In this document: piece by piece, positions 37,491 through 49,310 of the stretch
Layout: every line of letters begins with the position of its first letter
Numbering within the stretch: position 1 is the first letter of the stretch
Assembly (NCBI GenBank): GCA_965248925.1
Contig: CBDFLE010000006.1
Coordinates: 2,496,001-2,560,000 of the forward strand
Length of the DNA stretch: 64,000 nucleotides
Source: Candidatus Multivoradales bacterium
Lineage (GTDB): Bacteria > Acidobacteriota > Thermoanaerobaculia > Multivoradales > J023
Direction of reading: 5' to 3'
Notes under the pieces: generated by a model
Told to the model about the DNA's origin: nothing
The model's database searches: none
Seen by the model: only the letters and a program-made list of their open reading frames with translations
Made by a program: the position numbers and the translations under genes

Positions 37491-38849
37491 TCAGTTACCA
37501 CGGCTGGCGGCGAGACCCGCGCCAGCGACATAGGACGCTACCACCGGGTCTGGAACTTTGCCTAAAACCGAACCGGGATCCTGCCGCAAGAGCCGTTGCA
37601 AATGACTTCGCCGCTGCTCGAAAGCCTCTTTCTGGTCGCCAGGAATTGGCTCTGAGGGGACACTTTGGATCGATAGCGGGTTGATCCAGCGGCCGTTGTG
37701 TTGCACACGGTAATCCAAGTGAGCACCGTTGACGAGTCCGGTGGAACCAACAAAACCGATCACCTCACCCTGTCGCACTCTTTTGCCCGAACCAATGCCC
37801 TCGGCATATCGAGAAAGGTGCAAGTAAGCACTGGTATAGCCATTCGGATGTCGTACCTTGACCATCTTGCCGGCACTGCGAGAGTAGGCGGCCGAAACTA
37901 CCGTACCGTTGGCGGTGACGCGCACCGATGTGCCCACCGGCGCGCCGTAGTCGACCCCGTAGTGCGGTCGGTAGGTCTTCAGAACGGGGTGGAAACGCCG
38001 GTGACTAAATTTGCTGGTCACTCGGGTGAAAGGCAGCGGTGAGCGCAGAAACAACTTCTGTACCGGCCGGCCTTCGGCGTCGTAGTAGCCATCCTGGAAC
38101 TGATAGACCTCATTGCGGCGACCCCGGTTTTCGTAGATCAGGGCTTGGATCTGGCCCAGGCCGGCGAGTTCCCCGTCGAGGTAGATCTCTTCGAACAGCA
38201 CCTGGAATTGGTCGCCGATCCGCAGATCGCGATTGAAGTCTAGATCCCACTGCAAGACCTCGGACATGGCAAAGGCCAGACCACCGGGCGCTCCGGCTTT
38301 TCGCAGAGCGGATTCAAGAGCACCTTCCAGCTCACCCTTGGCCAGGCGGATGGCAGTCTCGCGCTTGAAGGCATGCCACGAGCTATCCCACCCCTGCCGC
38401 TGGCGGGCGAGTTCTAGCCAACCCTTCCCTCGCTGCTGCACGCGAAAGGAAGCCAGCTGAGCATCTTCGTCAAAGTATGCCAGGCAAGGCTCACCGGCCT
38501 GAATTCGGTGCACGTCGACCAAGTCGCTGGCGGCCTCGACGGCGGCGTAGACCTCCGTCGGCTCAAGGCCCAACTCCCCCAAGACGCCAGCCAGGGTCTG
38601 GCCGCGAACAATTTCGAGCGGCATGGGTACCGCCACCGGTGAGAGTTCAAGAGCCACTTCGCCTGGAACCTGGCGAAACAGGCTCACCTCGAACCGCGGG
38701 TGAGCGATCATCCTTGTCGGGTACTCTAGTTCGGCCTCTGTTTGGTGGCGATACCAGCCGAGAACCGATGCCATCACCAGCAGGCAGGACGGCACGACGT
38801 AGCGCCAACGGGAGGGAGGAAGAATCCGGCGAGTTAGGAGGCGAATCAC
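37491..38849 (-). CDS. M23 family peptidoglycan DD-endopeptidase (MepM-like)
   Basis: 'RPHYGVDYGAP', 'YLHLS', 'HLDY'. Confidence 0.92.
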   Translation of the reverse strand: MIRLLTRRILPPSRWRYVVPSCLLVMASVLGWYRHQTEAELEYPTRMIAHPRFEVSLFRQVPGEVALELSPVAVPMPLEIVRGQTLAGVLGELGLEPTEVYAAVEAASDLVDVHRIQAGEPCLAYFDEDAQLASFRVQQRGKGWLELARQRQGWDSSWHAFKRETAIRLAKGELEGALESALRKAGAPGGLAFAMSEVLQWDLDFNRDLRIGDQFQVLFEEIYLDGELAGLGQIQALIYENRGRRNEVYQFQDGYYDAEGRPVQKLFLRSPLPFTRVTSKFSHRRFHPVLKTYRPHYGVDYGAPVGTSVRVTANGTVVSAAYSRSAGKMVKVRHPNGYTSAYLHLSRYAEGIGSGKRVRQGEVIGFVGSTGLVNGAHLDYRVQHNGRWINPLSIQSVPSEPIPGDQKEAFEQRRSHLQRLLRQDPGSVLGKVPDPVVASYVAGAGLAASRGN

Positions 38850-39018
38850 TGTTTGTCTTTGTTGATTTCAGAGGTCAGCATCGTTGCTCGGAGACGATAG
38901 GAAAATCCACCCTGAGGCAAAATGCTAGCACACCGGTCGGCGAGCTAGCGTCCCCGGGCGACAAGGGTAAGAGCAAGTCCCTGAAGACCCCGGCTGATCC
39001 ACCGCGGCGCTGCTGCCT

Positions 39019-39405
39019 TCAGTCACCGGCAGCCAGCTTGAGCTGCACTTTGGCCCTGGCAACGGCCTGTTGCCTTGAGCCGCTGTGGGCACTGTCAAGA
39101 GCCTTCTTGAGCGCCGCCTCAGCGCGGTCCGCATCGATTTCACTCGGCGCCAACGCTTGTTCGGTGAGAATCGTTAGCCGATTGTCCACCATCTGCGCGA
39201 AGCCGCCGTCGATGAACAGGATCTTGGTGCCCTCGGCGGTCTCGGCTTTTAGCCGCCCGATGCCGAGCCGATAGAGCAGCGGCGCGCGACCGTGCAAGAT
39301 TCCGATCTCGCCATCGTGGGCGGGAAAGATCACGCTGGTGACCTCGCCGTCTAGCACCGCCTTCTCAGGGGTGACGACGCTCAGCTGAAAAGTGTCATTA
39401 GCCAT
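39019..39405 (-). CDS. atpC: ATP synthase epsilon
   Basis: 'LSVVTPE', 'GEIGIL.G.AP', 'GGFA'. Confidence 0.94.
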   Translation of the reverse strand: MANDTFQLSVVTPEKAVLDGEVTSVIFPAHDGEIGILHGRAPLLYRLGIGRLKAETAEGTKILFIDGGFAQMVDNRLTILTEQALAPSEIDADRAEAALKKALDSAHSGSRQQAVARAKVQLKLAAGD

Positions 39406-39424
39406 CGGCTACCTCCAGCGAGAC

Positions 39425-40891
<1,467 letters not shown>

Positions 40892-40903
40892 TTAGGGCGT
40901 TCG

Positions 40904-41803
40904 TCAGCCGAGAGCGCTGGCGCCGCCGATGATGTCGAGCAACTCCATCGTGATATGGGTCTGTCTGGCGCGGTTGTACTGCCGCGTCAAGCTGGTGATC
41001 ATGTCGCTGGCCGCTTCGGTAGCGGCGGTCATCGCCACCATGCGGGCAATCTGTTCCGAAACTGCGGCGTCGGTAAAGCATTGGAAGAGCCGCATCCGCA
41101 CGCTGGCCGGTAGCAGGTCGCTGAGGAGTTCCGCCGGGTCCGGTGAAAACTCGTACTCGACACTGGTACCCCCGGCACTTGCGGTCACCGTCTCCTCTGC
41201 CTCCTCTTCGCTACTCGCTTGCTGGCTGAGAGGTAGCAGCTGAGCTAATTCCGGCACCTGCTTACCGGCCGAGACAAAGCGCATGTAGGCAACGTTCACG
41301 GTCGAGATCTCCCCCTTCGAGAAGGCCTCGATCAGCCCGTTGGCGATCGGCTCGATTTCCTCGAACCGCGGCTTGTCGCCAATACCAACATGCTCGCTGA
41401 GCATTGCACGACCGAGAAATTTGAAGTAGGAAATGCCCTTCTTGCCCACCATGTGGACATCAACTTCCCCGCCGGCCGCCTCCTTGCTCTCCAAATGCCC
41501 CCCGGCCAGACGCAGAATACTGGCGTTGTAACCTCCGCACTGTCCCCGATCGCTGGTCACAACCACCAGTGCCGAGCGCTTGACCTGGTCGTGAGTGCGC
41601 ATCAGCGGATGCTCAAGACCGGCCGCCGCCCGCGACAGATCAGCCACCAGCTCGGCCAGCTTTTCGCTGTAGGGTTTGGTAGCGGTCGCGCGATTGAACG
41701 CGGCCTGGAAACGGGCGGTCGCGATCAACTGCATGGTGCGCGTGATCTTGCGGATATTGCGCACCGCCTTGCGCCGTTTGACGAGGACTCTTCGATTCGC
41801 CAT
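40904..41803 (-). CDS. atpG: ATP synthase gamma
   Basis: 'KITRTM', 'SE..ARM.AM..AT', 'NRARQ..IT.E'. Confidence 0.97.
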   Translation of the reverse strand: MANRRVLVKRRKAVRNIRKITRTMQLIATARFQAAFNRATATKPYSEKLAELVADLSRAAAGLEHPLMRTHDQVKRSALVVVTSDRGQCGGYNASILRLAGGHLESKEAAGGEVDVHMVGKKGISYFKFLGRAMLSEHVGIGDKPRFEEIEPIANGLIEAFSKGEISTVNVAYMRFVSAGKQVPELAQLLPLSQQASSEEEAEETVTASAGGTSVEYEFSPDPAELLSDLLPASVRMRLFQCFTDAAVSEQIARMVAMTAATEAASDMITSLTRQYNRARQTHITMELLDIIGGASALG

Positions 41804-41805
41804 CG

Positions 41806-43527
41806 TTAGTCGCCCTGGAGGAAGCTCTCCTTGAAGTTGCCGATCACCTCGGTGAGGGTCTCTCGCAACGAGTCGGAAATAACGCCGGTTTCGTCGAGTT
41901 CAGCGTAGATCTCGGGAAACTCGTCGAGCACATGCCGGAGCAACTGATTTTCAAGGTCGAGCACCTGGTTCACCGGCACATCGTCGAGCAGGCCCTGGGT
42001 GCCAGCGAAGATGCTGACCACCTGGCGCTCGAAGTTGAACGGTGTGTACTGAGCCTGCTTGAGCAACTCCACCATCCGCTGACCGCGGTCGAGCTGGCGT
42101 TGAGACGCTGTATCGAGCTCGGTGCCGAGCTGTGAGAAAGCTTCCAACTCACGGAACGACGCCAAGTCGAGACGCAACGAACTGGCGATCTTCTTCATCC
42201 CTTTGCGCTGTGCGTTGCCGCCTACCCGAGAAACCGAGATGCCAACGTTGACCGCAGGGCGAACACCGGCAAAGAAGAGATCGGGCTCAAGATAGATCTG
42301 CCCGTCGGTGATCGAGATCACGTTGGTCGGAATATAGGCCGAGACCTCACCCTCCAGAGTCTCGATGATCGGCAAGGCGGTCATCGAGCCGCCGCTGTCG
42401 GGATAGTAGTGCAGGCGGAAGTCGTCTCTGTCGTCGAGGCTGCTGAGCCAAGCTGCGCCGCGCTTTTTGCCGCCGTGGCGGTGATAGAGACCAGTATCGT
42501 CGTCGGGACGATGCTCCTTCGCCGCCTTCAATCCCTCTGGATGGCGGCGGGCCAACGAGCGATCGGTAGAGTCTTCGGCAGTGTCCTTGGGTACCACACC
42601 ATACTCATCGCGCAGCTTGACGGAGCGCTCGAGCAAACGGGAGTGCAAATAGAAGACATCGCCAGGATAGGCCTCGCGCCCCGGCGGCCGCTTGAGTAGC
42701 AAGGACAGCTGGCGATAAGCCTGAGCTTGCTTTGAGAGATCATCGTAGACCACCAGGGTGGCCATACCCTGCGAGTACATGAAGTGCTCGGCCATCGCCG
42801 CACCAGCATAAGGAGCGATGTACTGCAACGGCGCGGGATCGGCGGCCGAGGCCGAGACCACGATGGTGTAGTCCATCGCCCCGTGCTCGCGCAGCTTGTC
42901 GATCACTCCGACGACGGTCGACTCCTTCTGGCCAACGGCAACGTAGACACAAATGACCCCGTTACCTTTCTGGTTGAGGATGGCGTCGATGGCAATCGCT
43001 GTCTTGCCGGTCTTGCGGTCACCGATGATCAGCTCGCGCTGGCCACGGCCGACCGGAATCATGCTATCGATAGCCTTGAGACCGGTCATCATCGGCTCGT
43101 CCACCGGCTGCCGTTCGACGATGCCTGGCGCTTTGTATTCGAGCGGCCGGCGATGCGGGGTCTCAATCAGGCCCAGCCCATCGAGGGGCCGGCCCAGGGG
43201 ATCGATCACGCGGCCGACCATCGCTTCGCCCACTGGCACGCTGAGTAGCTCGCCGGTACGGCGCACCTCGTCGCCCTCGCGAATGCCCAGGTAGTCGCCC
43301 AAGACAACCACGCCCACCGAACCTTCTTCGAGGTTGAAGACTTGGCCGAACTGGCCGTTCTCGAACTGCACCTGCTCCATCGCCATGGCATTGTCGAGAC
43401 CGTAGACGCGAGCGATACCATCGCCGACCTCAAGCACCTTACCGACTTCGGCTACATCTATACCGCTGCGGTACTGCTGGATTTCCTCAGTAATGACCGA
43501 GGAGATTTCATCGACTCTGAACTTCAT
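41806..43527 (-). CDS. atpA: ATP synthase alpha (with ~67-aa insertion)
   Basis: 'GDRKTGKT', '[22 protein letters not shown]', '[12 protein letters not shown]'. Confidence 0.98.
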   Translation of the reverse strand: MKFRVDEISSVITEEIQQYRSGIDVAEVGKVLEVGDGIARVYGLDNAMAMEQVQFENGQFGQVFNLEEGSVGVVVLGDYLGIREGDEVRRTGELLSVPVGEAMVGRVIDPLGRPLDGLGLIETPHRRPLEYKAPGIVERQPVDEPMMTGLKAIDSMIPVGRGQRELIIGDRKTGKTAIAIDAILNQKGNGVICVYVAVGQKESTVVGVIDKLREHGAMDYTIVVSASAADPAPLQYIAPYAGAAMAEHFMYSQGMATLVVYDDLSKQAQAYRQLSLLLKRPPGREAYPGDVFYLHSRLLERSVKLRDEYGVVPKDTAEDSTDRSLARRHPEGLKAAKEHRPDDDTGLYHRHGGKKRGAAWLSSLDDRDDFRLHYYPDSGGSMTALPIIETLEGEVSAYIPTNVISITDGQIYLEPDLFFAGVRPAVNVGISVSRVGGNAQRKGMKKIASSLRLDLASFRELEAFSQLGTELDTASQRQLDRGQRMVELLKQAQYTPFNFERQVVSIFAGTQGLLDDVPVNQVLDLENQLLRHVLDEFPEIYAELDETGVISDSLRETLTEVIGNFKESFLQGD

Positions 43528-43569
43528 CGAGCTTCACCTCTTGAGGCGGCACCTGCTGCCGCCGAACTT

Positions 43570-44178
43570 CTAGCCGTCGGCCCCTTGGCCCTGGTCGAAG
43601 TAGCCATCGTGGACCGCGCGCGAGGCCCGGTCGTGGAGCGCGGCACGCAAACCATGAAGGTCTTGGCTCACGGTACGGTCGATCCTGCGGTCGCCGATGC
43701 GCAGAACCATGCCGCCGATCAGCTGCGGATCCACCGCCTCCTCAAGATCGGCGGGCTTGCCAACCCAGCTCTCGATCGCCAGCTCCAACTCAGCCCGCAA
43801 CTGGTCGCCCAGCGCCACCGCGGTGGTTACCTGAGCATCGATACGACCCCGCAACCCCTGCGCCTCGCGCCGACACTCGGCGGCTATCGCCGGCAGCAGA
43901 GCTAAGCGCCCTTTGCGGTTGATCACCTGCAACGCATCCACCGCCAGATCGCTCATCTGGCCGCGGAAGAGCTTCTCCAGCGACCCGGATCGAGCCACTG
44001 GGTCGACCAACGGGCTGGAGATGAAGTGTTGGAAGTCAGCGTTCTCGGCAGCATGGGTCACCAGCGCCTGAAACTCTCCCACCACGTCGCCGCGCGCCTC
44101 TTCGCTGCCGGCCAGCTCGAGAACCGAGCGGGCGTAGACCCGGGCGATGGCAAGCTGTTTATCTTGAACGTTAGCCAC
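43570..44178 (-). CDS. atpH: ATP synthase delta
   Basis: 'IARVYA', 'VDPQLIGGMVLRIGD..ID.TV'. Confidence 0.93.
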   Translation of the reverse strand: MANVQDKQLAIARVYARSVLELAGSEEARGDVVGEFQALVTHAAENADFQHFISSPLVDPVARSGSLEKLFRGQMSDLAVDALQVINRKGRLALLPAIAAECRREAQGLRGRIDAQVTTAVALGDQLRAELELAIESWVGKPADLEEAVDPQLIGGMVLRIGDRRIDRTVSQDLHGLRAALHDRASRAVHDGYFDQGQGADG

Positions 44179-44187
44179 CTTAGGCTC

Positions 44188-44787
44188 CTAGCTCTGGACC
44201 TGCCCCAGCTCACCGATCGCGTCACGAATCAGCCGCTCGTGATCAGCCGCCTGCAGCTCGCGGCCGACGATGCGGCCGGCGATATCCGTGGCTAGCTGGC
44301 CAGACACCTCGTAAAGCTGCTTGACCGCGCTGCCGCGGGCGATGTCGATCTCACGCTTCGCTCGGGCAACCATCTTGTCGGCTTCGAGCCGCGTTTCTTC
44401 CTCGATCCGCCGCCGCACGACTTCCGCATCCCGTCGACCCTCTTCAACAATCGCCGTCGCCTCGGCACGGGCCGAGGTGAGCTGTTCTTTATACTCGGCG
44501 AGCTGCGCCGAGGCCTCGTCGCGATCGCGCTTGGCCTGCTCCAACGAGCCGGAAATGAACTCTTCTCGTGACTGGAGGTTCTCGAGAATCGGTCCCCAGG
44601 CATACTTGCCCAGAACCAAGAGCACCAGGGCGAAGACCAGCAAGGTCCAGAAGACATTGCCCAAATCGCCAACGAAGATGTTGTTGCCACCTTCGCCACC
44701 GTGGTCCGCCTCGGCCGCTGCAAGCAACGCCGGCGCTATGACCACGGACAGAACGGCGAAGAGAGTCCAGCAAGTTCTTTGCTTCAT
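44188..44787 (-). CDS. atpF: ATP synthase b (with signal-peptide-like extension)
   Basis: 'WT..VF..LL.L.KYAW.PI...L..RE..I', coiled coil. Confidence 0.93.
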   Translation of the reverse strand: MKQRTCWTLFAVLSVVIAPALLAAAEADHGGEGGNNIFVGDLGNVFWTLLVFALVLLVLGKYAWGPILENLQSREEFISGSLEQAKRDRDEASAQLAEYKEQLTSARAEATAIVEEGRRDAEVVRRRIEEETRLEADKMVARAKREIDIARGSAVKQLYEVSGQLATDIAGRIVGRELQAADHERLIRDAIGELGQVQS

Positions 44788-44885
44788 ACCGATTGCCCAG
44801 GGTTGGCCCGACTCGCAAGAGCCGGGAAATTTCTACCAGGAACGGAGTAGGAGACCCACAAGGCCCCCCGTAACCCGACCTTCTT

Positions 44886-45206
44886 CTAGCCCCGGATACC
44901 CAGCATGCCTACAACGACGGCAAACAGCAGGGCACCCTCGAGCATGGCTGCGGTGATGATCATGGCGGTCGAGATCTGGCCCGCCATTTCCGGCTGGCGA
45001 GCGATCGCCTCGACCGCGCTGCCACCGATTCGACCTAGTCCGATACCGCCACCGATCAGCGCCAGACCGGCACCGATACCACCACCGAGCTTGCCGGCAC
45101 CTGCGGCAGACAACATCTCACCTTCGGCAAACACAGCCGGAGCGAGCATCAGGGCAAAGCCCGCCAGCACCATCATCAGCGAGATCTTGGCAACTCTCTT
45201 GCTCAT
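44886..45206 (-). CDS. atpE: ATP synthase c
   Basis: GxGxG helix, 'ARQPE', 'LEG'. Start at MSKRV with upstream RBS. Confidence 0.95.
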   Translation of the reverse strand: MSKRVAKISLMMVLAGFALMLAPAVFAEGEMLSAAGAGKLGGGIGAGLALIGGGIGLGRIGGSAVEAIARQPEMAGQISTAMIITAAMLEGALLFAVVVGMLGIRG

Positions 45207-45353
45207 TGCTTTCAGTCCTTCCTCGTGTTGGAAACCGGCAGCCGAACCGATCGTCCGCCTAGATTCCGTAAACCCTTCGAGTGTTTGGTGCTGCTCGGGC
45301 AACACCCACGGCTCGTTTCTATCGAGTTCTTCCCAGCTCAGCATCTGGCCCAC

Positions 45354-46235
45354 TCAGTGGGCCGCCGCCTCGCCATGGTCGTCATGGTGAAAATACACCG
45401 CCTGACCGATAAACAGCGTGGTCAGGTAAGTGAAGATAAAGGCCTGTAGAAAGGCCACCAGAAGCTCCAGCATGGTGATCGCCACACTGGCCAGCACCGC
45501 CAGCACCGCAACCGCCAGACCAGCGGCTAGGCCAAGTGCCTGTCCGGCGGTAAGAATCATGCCCAACAGCACAGCCAGCAAGATGTGGCCGGCCATCATG
45601 TTGGCGAATAAGCGCACGGTCAAGGCAAAAGTCTTGGCCAGCGGCCCGACCACCGCTTCGAGCGGAATCATCAGCGGCGCCAACCATAGCGGACCCGGGC
45701 TCATGTGCGCCAAGTACTCTTTGCCGCCGAGGCGCAAACCGTTGAAGACGGTCAGTATGAGGGTCAGCACCGCCAAGGTGCCGGTGACCCAGATATTGGC
45801 CGTCGCCGTGCCACCGATGTGGACTCCAAAAATCACCGGGGTGACAGTGCCGATCGGCAACAGGCCGAGCAGGTTGATTGTCAAGATGAAGAAAAAGACC
45901 GACCAGATGTACTTGATGAAGCGATCGGTATAGGGACCGAGCTGCGGCTTGGCAACCTCGTTGCGGAAATACTCGCACAAAGCCTCGATGGCGTTGGCAA
46001 AGCCCCGCGGCACCAGGCGGCCAGTCTCGGTCTTATCTCGACGGCGACGGACCAGGACCGGAAAACCGATTACCAGCAACAAGCCGGCGACGATCATCAT
46101 TACGATCTGGTCGCTGAGCAGGGTGATCTCACCGCCCGGCAACCAGTCCACCTGTGCCGTCTTCAGGGTGTGCGGCAGAACGTGACTGAGTGGATTGTCT
46201 CCCTCGATCGCGAATCTCATGCCTTTCTCCGTCAA
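45354..46235 (-). CDS. atpB: ATP synthase a
   Basis: 'FALTVRLFANMMAGH', 'VAFLQAFIF..L'. Confidence 0.96.
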   Translation of the reverse strand: MTEKGMRFAIEGDNPLSHVLPHTLKTAQVDWLPGGEITLLSDQIVMMIVAGLLLVIGFPVLVRRRRDKTETGRLVPRGFANAIEALCEYFRNEVAKPQLGPYTDRFIKYIWSVFFFILTINLLGLLPIGTVTPVIFGVHIGGTATANIWVTGTLAVLTLILTVFNGLRLGGKEYLAHMSPGPLWLAPLMIPLEAVVGPLAKTFALTVRLFANMMAGHILLAVLLGMILTAGQALGLAAGLAVAVLAVLASVAITMLELLVAFLQAFIFTYLTTLFIGQAVYFHHDDHGEAAAH

Positions 46236-46293
46236 CCAAGCCAGCCCTACGGGCGCTCGGTGTCACAAACTTCCTCAGCGGCTTTGTCGCCGG

Positions 46294-46764
46294 CTAAACT
46301 GCCCGCTCAGACGCTGCTTTTCCGTCGCCGTTCTGCAGCTGCCCCGCAACCGCCAGAGCGTATCGCGTGTCGGCCACCAGCAGAGCGGCATGGCTGGCCG
46401 CCAGCCAAAGCAAAAGCGGCCACGGCGCGAACATGTTGCTGAGCAACAGACCGGCCCCGACAACCACCGTCACAGCTAGCCGCGAAGCCAACGCGCCCAA
46501 CACCAAGGTGACGACATTGGCCAGCGACACCGAGGCCGCCCGCGCCCGCAACCAACTACTAGCGAACAACGAGCCCAGCAAGCTAGCCCCACAACCCGCC
46601 AGCATGGCAACAACCCCACCCTCACCGGCCAGCCGTCGGGTCGGCGAGTAGCCAACCAACAGCACCGCGACCAGCAAGACCGCCAGCAGCAGCAGGTAAG
46701 CCCGGAAGGCGCTCGCCCTCTGCTGCTCGCCCGGCAAGAACTCTTTGGGTTCAGCCACCTTCAA
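46294..46764 (-). CDS. ATP synthase I-like membrane protein
   Basis: Four TM helices, immediately upstream of atpB. Confidence 0.65.
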   Translation of the reverse strand: MKVAEPKEFLPGEQQRASAFRAYLLLLAVLLVAVLLVGYSPTRRLAGEGGVVAMLAGCGASLLGSLFASSWLRARAASVSLANVVTLVLGALASRLAVTVVVGAGLLLSNMFAPWPLLLWLAASHAALLVADTRYALAVAGQLQNGDGKAASERAV

Positions 46765-47017
46765 TATCGTCCGTATCCTTCTGTGGATGGTTGGCGGACC
46801 GCACTGCGGCCAACGCCCCTCGAACGAGATTGTAAGTGCCGCCAGCGAGCCCGAGAAACACTCCAGAAAGGACCCCCCAAGGACTCCATCCGAAGTGGCG
46901 GTCGAGCCACCAACCCAGCAAGGTGAATCCGACCACCGAGGCAGCTAGCTCAATCCCCATGCCCGAGTAAGTCACCCAGGTCGGTTGTTGCTCTTGGCGG
47001 GGGGGGGGTTGAGACAC
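46751..47017 (-). CDS. AtpZ/AtpI-family protein
   Basis: 'GIELA.SV....LLGWWLD..FG..PWG...G..LG'. Confidence 0.85.
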   Translation of the reverse strand: MSQPPPRQEQQPTWVTYSGMGIELAASVVGFTLLGWWLDRHFGWSPWGVLSGVFLGLAGGTYNLVRGALAAVRSANHPQKDTDDIEGG

Positions 47018-47258
47018 GCTTCCTGCTCGGCCGGACTGGCCGGGCGTATTCTGCACTAGTCGCGGTAGCCTGACAAGACCCAGCCGATGAAATCCTGGAG
47101 CTTGCCGGAAACCACCGCGAAACTGCCGATGCTCGCTCCTGAAAAGCGGGATAGCTGGGCTCCAACAGGCCCGAAGATCACCACAGATTATTGGCCAAAG
47201 CCAAGACCGGCACCACAGAGCCACATTCTGGCCACCTCGCCCTGCTCCACTGCCGGAC

Positions 47259-48188
47259 ATGGACATCCTGCAAATCGCCAGCAACGCTTACCCGGCAGAT
47301 CTCTTCTCGCTGCTTCGCTGGCTGGCCCAAGGCGTTTTCTTTGCTTTCCCCCTGCTTCTGCTGGTGGTGGCATGGCGCCGGCGGTCGACGGGTAGTCGAG
47401 CACGATGGACAGCCCTGGTGGCAATGCTGGTGCTAGCGGTCGGCGTCTGGTCCTTCTGGATCGAGCCAGGGTGGCTGCAAACCATCTACTACGAGATCCA
47501 CACAGCGAAACTCGATCACCCAATCCGCCTGGAGATCATCGCTGATCTGCAAACCGACCGAATCGGCAGCCACGAACAGCGAGCGCCTCAGGCGGTGGCC
47601 GCCGCTAAGCCTGACTTGGTGTTGCTGACCGGTGACTACCTGCAAGTAGAGAGTCGGTTCCTAGCCCGCGAGACCTTTCGCCTGCAAACTCTGTGGCGCC
47701 AGGTTGCCTTGCGGGCGCCGCTCGGCGTGTGGGCGGTCGGTGGGGATGTCGAAGGGCCGAACTGGCCCGAGATCTTCGCCGGTCTACCAGTGCGGCCTCT
47801 AGAGAATTCGACCACCTTCGAAGTCGGCCAGCTCACTTTGAGCGCACTCTCGGCCGTTGATTCGCGCTCCGGCCATTTCCCGATCACCGCCAGCGAGCGC
47901 TTCCACATCGCCTTCGGCCACGCCCCCGACTTCGCCCTCAGCCGGCCGTCAGTCGACCTGATGGTGGCCGGCCACACCCACGGCGGCCAAGTGCGGCTAC
48001 CGCTGATCGGCCCGCTGCTGACCTTTTCGCGCATCCCCCGCGCCTGGGCCGCCGGCCGCACCGACTTTGACGACGGTCGCACCTTGGTGGTCTCCAGAGG
48101 CATCGGCATGGAGCGCGGCAACGCACCCCGGTTACGCTTTCTGTGTCGGCCGGAAGTGGTGCTAATTGACCTGTTGCCGGCAAGCTAA
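47259..48188 (+). CDS. Membrane-anchored metallophosphoesterase
   Basis: 'IADLQ', 'LTGD', 'HAPD', 'AGHTHGGQV'. The GN/H motif is variant (GDVE). Confidence 0.85.
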   Translation: MDILQIASNAYPADLFSLLRWLAQGVFFAFPLLLLVVAWRRRSTGSRARWTALVAMLVLAVGVWSFWIEPGWLQTIYYEIHTAKLDHPIRLEIIADLQTDRIGSHEQRAPQAVAAAKPDLVLLTGDYLQVESRFLARETFRLQTLWRQVALRAPLGVWAVGGDVEGPNWPEIFAGLPVRPLENSTTFEVGQLTLSALSAVDSRSGHFPITASERFHIAFGHAPDFALSRPSVDLMVAGHTHGGQVRLPLIGPLLTFSRIPRAWAAGRTDFDDGRTLVVSRGIGMERGNAPRLRFLCRPEVVLIDLLPAS

Positions 48189-48368
48189 GCGACAGCCGGG
48201 CATACCTCGTCGAAGGCGGTCCGGGAGCAGTTGAGGGAGGCTTACCGCCTATTCGGCGAGGCATATCGGGAGGCGGTGGCTCGCCCGCGATCGGTCGCCG
48301 ACTCGGTGGAGTTTCCACTGGGCTGCTTTCCGCCCCCTCGCCCATGCGTGTCGAGTGATGCCGGATAG
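48189..48368 (+). pseudogene. C-terminal remnant of a Y1/RAYT-like transposase
   Basis: 'SKAVREQLREAYRLFGEAYREA...VEFPLGCFPP' with no start codon. Family assignment from memory. Confidence 0.45.
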
Positions 48369-48473
48369 CCCTGCAGCCGCGCGGGTCAATACTCTGCGAA
48401 TCGGCTGGCACCTCTCTCTGCACCTTTTTTGGCCCGTGATCTGCGCCATGTTCTTGACGGCGGTTGCTTTCCA

Positions 48474-48737
48474 TTACTGACAGCCTCCGCGACAGCCTTG
48501 CAAGAAGTTACGAAGTAGGTCAAGAAGACAGAAGTTCAACTCCTTGAAGAGGCTGGCCAATACAGTCACCGATTTACCGCCAGGGCATTGCTTCGTGATC
48601 AAGCAATTTCCCAGGCAATGATGATGCCGCGTTTGGCCATCCGCTTCCCTTCTCACTCGATCTCGAATCCTTGCAACACACTCGGAGTCACCTTCGGGCA
48701 GCCGCAGTAAGTACAAGACATGGCTCAGAGAGGGCAA
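48474..48737 (-). pseudogene. Probable orphan Rhs toxin-tip fragment
   Basis: Cys-rich with 'RHHHCLGNC'. Directly follows an immunity gene. Confidence 0.45.
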
Positions 48738-49310
48738 TCATGTTTCCTCCAGACACATCTCGATCTTCTGTATTGACTCCTCGAATATCTGCAACACATT
48801 TCCGTTTGCGTACTCAGGATCCCCCCAGAACGCCCCGCCCTCAGCACTAGGATCAGGCGCTGAGAAAAGCCAGTATCGCTCCTCTGCTCCACTCGTCGAC
48901 CAGATCTCATAGACCACGTTAGGGAAATAAATAGTCCCGCTCACTGCCAGTGGAAGCGCAAGTGAGTGCAACGCTATCTCGACTGCCTGAAGAGCCGGGC
49001 AAGTCGCTTCTGTAATCTCAGATGAACGCAAGGAACCGCCTTGATGTCGGAATATTATCGCAGTAGTAACTCCATCCTTTTCGAAGAGACTCACTTGTAT
49101 CGAAACCTGCGACTCGCCCCCCCTCTTAATAGTTACTGCCGACTCTCTGGTCCGGAAAAATCCAATCTCTTCCTCCGGACGACTCCAGCCAGAAGGCCGG
49201 CGATCTGTCGATGTAGTGTTCACAGGAGAAATTCCCGGCGTCGTCAAGCTGGGACAGGATAGTGCCGAAAACGCCAACGTTACGTAGAGCACGAGCCTCA
49301 TCAATTTCAC
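48738..49310 (-). CDS. Putative immunity lipoprotein for orphan Rhs
   Basis: GTGA overlap with the Rhs stop, 'MRLVLYVTLAFSALSC' lipobox-like, visibly lower GC. Confidence 0.65.
   Translation of the reverse strand: MKLMRLVLYVTLAFSALSCPSLTTPGISPVNTTSTDRRPSGWSRPEEEIGFFRTRESAVTIKRGGESQVSIQVSLFEKDGVTTAIIFRHQGGSLRSSEITEATCPALQAVEIALHSLALPLAVSGTIYFPNVVYEIWSTSGAEERYWLFSAPDPSAEGGAFWGDPEYANGNVLQIFEESIQKIEMCLEET

Noticed and set aside
46999-47008. G10 tract at the start of the atp operon (phase variation?)
   Set aside because: In frame (encodes PPP) in a non-conserved N-terminus, with a downstream ATG available. No evidence of variation from one sequence.
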